A DNA stretch of 28,148 nucleotides from a bacterium (GTDB lineage Bacteria > UBP14 > UBA6098), in the NCBI GenBank assembly GCA_030642425.1, contig DAOWNU010000001.1, positions 1 to 28,148 of the forward strand, given 5' to 3'. Both the position numbers and the translations under genes were made by a program. The notes under the pieces are model-generated. The model was given only the letters and a program-made list of their open reading frames with translations. It searched no databases and was not told the DNA's origin. Shown piece after piece: positions 22,909 through 28,148 of the stretch (within the stretch, counting starts at the first letter, position 1; each line of letters opens with the position of its first letter).

Positions 22909-23055
22909 TTTGCCGATGTCGAGAGTTACTTTCTCAATGGCAGAAACTACTTTGCCAATGTCGAGAACTACTTTGCTGTTGACAAAAACTACTTTGCCAA
23001 TGACAAAATCTACTTTGCTGTTGACAAAAACTACTTTCCGATTGGCAAAATTAAG
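22909..23055. repeat. Seven-unit 21-bp tandem array
   Basis: Units start at 22909, 22930, 22951, 22972, 22993, 23014 and 23035, consensus TTTGCCAATGACAAAAACTAC. Units 4 and 6 are identical (TTTGCTGTTGACAAAAACTAC). Confidence 0.9.
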
Positions 23056-23154
23056 TGATTCAACGACTTAGACAAAATAGCCGTTTTTATCGAGATCGAT
23101 AAGTGGAAATTGCAAAATGACCGAATTTTTTTACCGAACTATTGTCACCCAAAT

Positions 23155-23183
23155 AAAAAAGGGCCGCCGAAGCAACCCTTTTT
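23155..23183 (-). terminator. Intrinsic terminator with a C(UUCG)G tetraloop
   Basis: Minus strand reads AAGGGTTGC-TTCG-GCGGCCCTTTTTT, downstream of the 23203 gene. Confidence 0.75.
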
Positions 23184-23202
23184 AAATTAAATTTACAGCT
23201 CG

Positions 23203-23463
23203 CTATTTGTCCGCCAATTCCCGTTTAAGCAATTCGAGTTCCCGAAGAAGCCCATCTCTCTCTTTTACGCATTCCTCAATCTGGTCTTCGAGAATCTCGC
23301 GCTTGCCGGCCTTCGTTTTGCCCCATACCCGGTGAAGAATGGCCAGAGAAACGAGAAGAACGACGTAGGACAGCACTGTTTGAGTAACCGCGCCCCAGCT
23401 AAAAATATTATTTAGAACCAGAAGCAAAGACAGCCCCGCAATTATTATCGCCCATAGTGCCAT
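23203..23463 (-). CDS. Small hypothetical membrane protein (2 TM plus C-terminal coiled coil)
   Basis: Two hydrophobic segments followed by LEDQIEECVKERDGLLRELELL. Followed by a clean terminator. Confidence 0.65.
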   Translation of the reverse strand: MALWAIIIAGLSLLLVLNNIFSWGAVTQTVLSYVVLLVSLAILHRVWGKTKAGKREILEDQIEECVKERDGLLRELELLKRELADK

Positions 23464-23508
23464 TTCAGTCCAATTTTCTAAAAATTTTCACGGGAAAATC
23501 TCCCGGCG

Positions 23509-24438
23509 CTATTTTCCCTCGAAAGCTTTGTTCAGGTTCTCGTAATAGACAGTGATAGTGGCGTTTTTGCGGAGTTCTTCCTGTTGACTATTGCGAAGAT
23601 CGTTCAGGCGTTCTTCGATCATGTAACTTTCGATCTCGTCTTTAACCTCTTCAAAAGGCCTTTTGCCGGCGGGAACCTGTTTCGCAACCAGTATAATCTC
23701 GAACGAACCGCCCATATTTATCGGCCCGACAATATCGCCCGGGCTTGCCGCTTTGACCTGATCATACATTTCCATCTTACTATTTCTCTCGTCGCCCCTT
23801 TTCCCATCGCTTCTATCGGCATTCGATCCCCTGTTGCCACCCTGATGGCTTTCATCGTCGCCTCTGTATTCGGGGAAAAACATCATATCCAGACCGATAT
23901 TCGGGTCGTTCAGGTCGGTAGCTTTCATTTCCTCTATCCGAGAATTGGCTTCCTCTTCACTCTGCGCCCATTGGCGAACAACCAGCGCGTGCTGTTCGAC
24001 ATTGAATCTGCCGGTCTGTTCGTATTCTTTCAGGATTTCCTCTTCGGACGGCTTCACCTGTTCCGCGAGCACTTTGGAATAATACATCTCCACCATCATC
24101 GCCCTTTTGAAAGACTCGGTTGCGGCGAGAACGTCGGGGTCTTCGCCCATCTTAGCTTTCTCGGCCTCTTCCATAATAAGCGTTTGGTTGATAGCCTGTT
24201 CGAGCATCCATTCGGGGTCGCCGTGGATTTGTTGACGCCTGCCGCTGTTGCCATTGGCTCGCTTTCTAATACTGTGGCGTATCATGTCGTTGTCGCCTTG
24301 TGCGCCGGCGGTCATATCTTCGATAGTGATATTAGTTCCGTTCACTGTCGCGACAACATCCTCCGGGGGCGCGGTCTGTCCGAACATCACAGCCGCGAAC
24401 GCGCCCAGCAGGCAAAGCATTGTTATTGCTCTTTTCAT
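23509..24438 (-). CDS. Exported PrsA/SurA-like chaperone with a degenerate parvulin (PpiC) domain
   Basis: Signal peptide, VVATVNGTNIT, LEQAINQTLIMEEA, SEEEA, PGDIVGPI, KRPFEEVKDEI...LRKNATI. GAGGAGG SD. Confidence 0.8.
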   Translation of the reverse strand: MKRAITMLCLLGAFAAVMFGQTAPPEDVVATVNGTNITIEDMTAGAQGDNDMIRHSIRKRANGNSGRRQQIHGDPEWMLEQAINQTLIMEEAEKAKMGEDPDVLAATESFKRAMMVEMYYSKVLAEQVKPSEEEILKEYEQTGRFNVEQHALVVRQWAQSEEEANSRIEEMKATDLNDPNIGLDMMFFPEYRGDDESHQGGNRGSNADRSDGKRGDERNSKMEMYDQVKAASPGDIVGPINMGGSFEIILVAKQVPAGKRPFEEVKDEIESYMIEERLNDLRNSQQEELRKNATITVYYENLNKAFEGK

Positions 24439-24656
24439 GGATTCCTCCTCGGTTTAATTATTCTTACTGCCGTCTTAAGATATTATTTGTAAAACATAAG
24501 TCAAGATTTTTCGTCAGAATTTATCCGGTCGGCAATGCCAAGGGATGGGTCGGCAATGCTGGTGATGCTGTTGCCCAAAACCGATTAAGGCTCGCAACGC
24601 CCGTGTAGTATAGTTTTCCTATGGAAAATAAAAAATAATATTTTTTAAAAAAAGGG

Positions 24657-24684
24657 TTGCATATCCTTTTTTTATTGCTATAGT
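24657..24684 (+). promoter_or_regulatory. sigma70 promoter (extended -10) for the RRM gene
   Basis: TTGCAT (24657-24662), 16 nt, TATAGT (24679-24684), preceded by TG at 24676-24677 and an A/T-rich upstream tract. Confidence 0.6.
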
Positions 24685-24823
24685 AGGCCGTTCGATTGGC
24701 TATAAGGGCCGTTCGAATGGCTTCTCTGCAGCCAGATCAAGCAGACGATCGATTTATTGCCGATTCAGCCATGGACGGGAAAGTATCGATTTGCACACAT
24801 TCCATGGCGAAAAGGAAGTAAGT

Positions 24824-25114
24824 ATGAACATCTACGTCGGAAATCTTGATTTTAAGACAACCGAGGACGAAGTTAAAACTTTGTTCGAACAACACGGGCA
24901 GGTCGAATCCGTCCAGATCATCAAGGATAAGTATTCCGGTGATTCTAAGGGTTTCGGTTTTGTAGTTATGCCCAACGACGCTGAGGCGAAGACGGCGATG
25001 GAAACTCTGGATGGACAATTGATGTCCGGACGTAACATCAAAGTCAACGAGTCGAGGCCCCGCAGAGAAGGCGGCGGCGGCGGCGGTGGCGGCAGGCGCC
25101 CCAATCGTTACTAA
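24824..25114 (+). CDS. Single-RRM RNA-binding protein with Gly-rich tail, 96 aa
   Basis: RNP2 IYVGNL, RNP1 KGFGFV, IKVNESRPR, poly-Gly tail. ATG at 24824 with AAGGAAG SD. Confidence 0.93.
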   Translation: MNIYVGNLDFKTTEDEVKTLFEQHGQVESVQIIKDKYSGDSKGFGFVVMPNDAEAKTAMETLDGQLMSGRNIKVNESRPRREGGGGGGGGRRPNRY

Positions 25115-25136
25115 TCGCTGATTCAAGCGAAAAGAC

Positions 25137-25172
25137 AAGCCCCGGATCGTTTAGGCGATTCGGGGCTTTTTT
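25137..25172 (+). terminator. Intrinsic terminator after the RRM gene
   Basis: AAGCCCCGGATCG / CGATTCGGGGCTT stem followed by a T run. Confidence 0.85.
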
Positions 25173-25421
25173 GTGTCCCTGCGGCGCTCGCGATGACAGA
25201 ATTATTGTCGATCGAGACGCACGGCCTGTTACATAGAAAGATTCATTGCAAAATTAGCAATTATCAATATTCTCTTTTTCGCCGACCGCCGACCAGCTTA
25301 TAACAGGTAATGGGGAGGGGCAATTTTGCAATGCTAATTGCTAATTGATCATTTTGAATTGTTTCTTTTCCCCCCCTAAAAACGGGTTCGTCGGCAAAAG
25401 GTGTTTTATCTAAGGAGCATT

Positions 25422-28148
25422 ATGGCGCTTGCGGCGGTGCGCAGGAAAATACAGCATTCGGAACCGTTTATCGAGCTTCGGCGCAGAATGGCCCGCGGCG
25501 AAATGCCGGAATTGGTGGGCGTTTCCGAAATCGGCGCGGCTTTCCTGGCGGATTATCTTGTCCGCGAGCTTGGCCGAAACGTCCTGTGGATCACCCCCGG
25601 CGATCTTCACATGCACTGGGAAGACGCCTCGGCTATGCTCGGCGCGGAGCGTGCGCTCATTTTCCCGGCGTGGGATATTGAGCCTTACGAACACCGCCTG
25701 CCGGATTCCGAGATAGTTTATACGCGCCTCGACGCCTATATTCGGCTGATGTCCGGCCCGCCGAAACTTATAGTGACGGAACCGAAGGCGCTCCTTTATC
25801 CCGTTATCGCCCCGGAAACCCTACGTAAACTGACCACCAAACTCGCGGTCGGCGACGAAATTTCCCCCGACGATTTAATACGAAGACTGATCGCTGTCGG
25901 CTACGAGCGTGAAGAGCTTGTGGAATTCCTGTGCTCGACCTCGCGCCGCGGCGACGTGCTCGACATTTTCGCGCCCACACATCGCGACCCGGTCCGGCTG
26001 GAGTTTTTCGGCGACACTATCGAGTCGATAAGGCTTTTCTCCGCGGAGAACCAGCGCAGCCACGAGAATATCGAGAGTGTAGTAATTCCGCCCGCCAATG
26101 AATGGGTAAAGCCTTTCTGGCTGGGCGCCGGGCCGGACCGCAGAAAACTCAGGCGCGCGATGTTGCCGGAGTTTCAGGGCAAGATCGAACGCGAAAAGGA
26201 GAGCGAACTCCTATCGAAAATACTCCACGAGAGACATTTCCCCGGCGAGATATGGTTCGCGCCGATTTTCAAACCCGCGCCGATGTTGCCGGACTCTTAC
26301 CTGCCGAAGGACACGATAATCCTGTGCGAGGAGCCGGAAGAGGTTTTTGAGGCCGCGGAAAAACTGCTTTCCCGCGCGGAAGACCACCATTTCGAGTTAA
26401 CCCGCGAGGGCGAGTTCCACCTGCCGCCCGAAAAGCTTTTCCCCGACTCGGAGGAAATTCAGGAAAGGCTTACGGCGAGAGATTTTATTCCTATTCGCCA
26501 TTTCCAGACAGAGAATAACGCGATAGACCTCGGCTTTCGCCCGATACCGGCGGGTTTCGAAGGCCCGGTCGCGTTTCGGCGCGCACTCGAGCGGTTTTGC
26601 GAGGAGGGCATCGAGGCGAGGATATTCTGCGAGAACCCCTACCAGTTGCGCGGGCTCGAGGATATTCTTCCCCCCGGAGAAAGCGTCCCCGCCGATGTTG
26701 CGAAGCTCTCGACAGGATTTTCGCATCTCCCAGCGAAGCAGGCGATTATCACCGGCAGGGCGATTTACGGTAGCCGCCGTAAAATCGTCCCCGGAAGACG
26801 CTATCGTGAGGGCAGCGCCTACGCGCTCCCCACGGGCCTCGCCCCCGGAGATCACATCGTCCACACCGATCACGGAATCGGGCTTTTTGTCGGCACGGAC
26901 ACGGTCGAAAGCGGCGGCGTTTCTTCCGAGTGCCTCGTCCTGCGATACGCCGACGACGAGAAGCTCTACGTGCCGGTGGAGGATTTTCATCTCGTCCAAA
27001 AATATATCGGCGGCGAACGTGTCCGGCTGGCGAAACTAGGCGGACTCGCCTGGGCGAAGGCCAAGCAGAAAGCGAAAAAGGGAATCCTCGCGATGGCCGG
27101 AGAGCTTGTGCAAATTTACGCCCTTCGCAAGGTCGCGGGCGGTGTCGCGTTCCCCGCCGAAGACGAACTTTCATTCGCGCTCGCGGAATCGTTCCCCTAC
27201 AACGAAACGGTGGATCAGCTCGAGTCGATAAAGGCCGTTCTCGCCGATATGGAGAATAAAAAGCCGATGGATCGCCTGCTGGTGGGCGACGTTGGATTCG
27301 GCAAGACCGAAGTTGCGATCCGCGCGGCTTTCAAAGCGGTGCGCGGCGGAAAACAGGCCGCTGTGCTCGTGCCGACAACGGTTCTCGCGGACCAGCACTT
27401 TCGCACGTTCATGGAGCGGCTCGAAGGCCTGCCGGTGCGTGTGGAGATGCTCTCGCGCTTCCGCTCCCCGAAAGAACAGAAAAAGATAGTCGAGAAACTG
27501 GAGAAGGGCGGTATCGATATCGTGATTGGCACGCACAGGCTGCTTTCGCACGACATCGTTTTCAAAGACCTCGGCCTGCTCGTTATCGACGAGGAGCAGC
27601 GTTTCGGCGTGAAACACAAGGACAATATCAAACGCTGGCGCGCCAAAGTGGACGTCCTCGCGATGAGCGCGACGCCTATCCCGCGGACGCTCTATATGTC
27701 TCTCGCGGGCGTCCGGGACATGAGCACTATCGACACGCCGCCGGCAAACCGCCTGCCGATATACACCAGAGCCGTTCCATACTCCGACGAGACAATCGCC
27801 GAGGCTATCGAAAAGGAAATATCGCGCGGCGGACAGGTCTATTTTCTTCACAACAGGGTGGGAAGTATCGAGGTGATGGCCAGACACTTGCGCGAGCTTG
27901 TTCCCGGGGCGCGTTTCGCGGTGGCGCACGGCCAGATGAACGAAAAGGAACTCTCGAAAATCATCGTGGAGTTTCTCGCCGAAAAATTCGACGTCCTCAT
28001 AACCACGACAATAATCGAGTCCGGCACGGATATCCCCAATGTCAACACAATTCTGATAAACCGCGCGGACAAATTAGGCGTGGCGCAGCTTTACCAGCTT
28101 CGCGGGCGCGTCGGGCGCTCGGATTTGCAGGCGTATTGCTATCTCATC
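25422..28148 (+). CDS. mfd: Transcription-repair coupling factor Mfd (5' part, truncated by the window end; absent from the ORF track)
   Basis: ATG at 25422 with AAGGAG SD. In-frame motifs: [22 protein letters not shown] domain [24 protein letters not shown] (27285+), [25 protein letters not shown]. Confidence 0.95.
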   Translation, partial: MALAAVRRKIQHSEPFIELRRRMARGEMPELVGVSEIGAAFLADYLVRELGRNVLWITPGDLHMHWEDASAMLGAERALIFPAWDIEPYEHRLPDSEIVYTRLDAYIRLMSGPPKLIVTEPKALLYPVIAPETLRKLTTKLAVGDEISPDDLIRRLIAVGYEREELVEFLCSTSRRGDVLDIFAPTHRDPVRLEFFGDTIESIRLFSAENQRSHENIESVVIPPANEWVKPFWLGAGPDRRKLRRAMLPEFQGKIEREKESELLSKILHERHFPGEIWFAPIFKPAPMLPDSYLPKDTIILCEEPEEVFEAAEKLLSRAEDHHFELTREGEFHLPPEKLFPDSEEIQERLTARDFIPIRHFQTENNAIDLGFRPIPAGFEGPVAFRRALERFCEEGIEARIFCENPYQLRGLEDILPPGESVPADVAKLSTGFSHLPAKQAIITGRAIYGSRRKIVPGRRYREGSAYALPTGLAPGDHIVHTDHGIGLFVGTDTVESGGVSSECLVLRYADDEKLYVPVEDFHLVQKYIGGERVRLAKLGGLAWAKAKQKAKKGILAMAGELVQIYALRKVAGGVAFPAEDELSFALAESFPYNETVDQLESIKAVLADMENKKPMDRLLVGDVGFGKTEVAIRAAFKAVRGGKQAAVLVPTTVLADQHFRTFMERLEGLPVRVEMLSRFRSPKEQKKIVEKLEKGGIDIVIGTHRLLSHDIVFKDLGLLVIDEEQRFGVKHKDNIKRWRAKVDVLAMSATPIPRTLYMSLAGVRDMSTIDTPPANRLPIYTRAVPYSDETIAEAIEKEISRGGQVYFLHNRVGSIEVMARHLRELVPGARFAVAHGQMNEKELSKIIVEFLAEKFDVLITTTIIESGTDIPNVNTILINRADKLGVAQLYQLRGRVGRSDLQAYCYLI

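Noticed and set aside
18908-23055. 21-bp arrays as CRISPR arrays
   Set aside because: The units are contiguous and degenerate, with no unique spacers, no leader and no cas genes.
25410-28072. Many small ORFs on both strands in the last 2.7 kb
   Set aside because: All lie within the mfd reading frame, which the ORF track omitted because it has no stop in the window.

Overview
Mostly core housekeeping DNA from a diderm bacterium (it encodes an outer-membrane porin). FCB-like signatures in RpoC (LTLRTFH, KTAEAGY) hint at a deep-branching or candidate lineage; this is inference only. Left half, minus strand: one large transcription/translation cluster, tRNA-Thr(TGT)-Tyr-Gly-Thr(GGT), an inserted tandem zinc-ribbon gene, tuf, rpmG, tRNA-Trp, secE, nusG, rplKAJL, rpoB, rpoC, rpsL. 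An AT-rich divergent promoter region at about 14.8-14.9 kb follows. Plus strand: a 66-aa zinc-ribbon protein resembling DUF4295/bL38, a ZapB-like gene, zapA, a 6S-like structured RNA region, rny, ymdB and purC. Minus strand: a sodium:solute symporter plus porin, a small membrane protein and a degenerate parvulin-type chaperone. Plus strand again: an RRM RNA-binding protein and mfd, which runs off the end. I found no CRISPR, transposase, integrase, phage or defence genes, and no clear multi-gene novel system. The best leads are: (i) a possible Zn-binding bL38-like ribosomal protein; (ii) two extra insertions in RNA polymerase beta', one apparently a circularly permuted SBHM, plus non-canonical active-centre residues; (iii) unusual EF-Tu residues at antibiotic-binding positions; (iv) a zinc-ribbon gene embedded in the tRNA-tuf operon; (v) two 21-bp-period intergenic arrays bracketing purC-porin-symporter, one hiding a perfect I-x4-N-x heptad micro-ORF; (vi) several small inverted or palindromic intergenic repeat elements.
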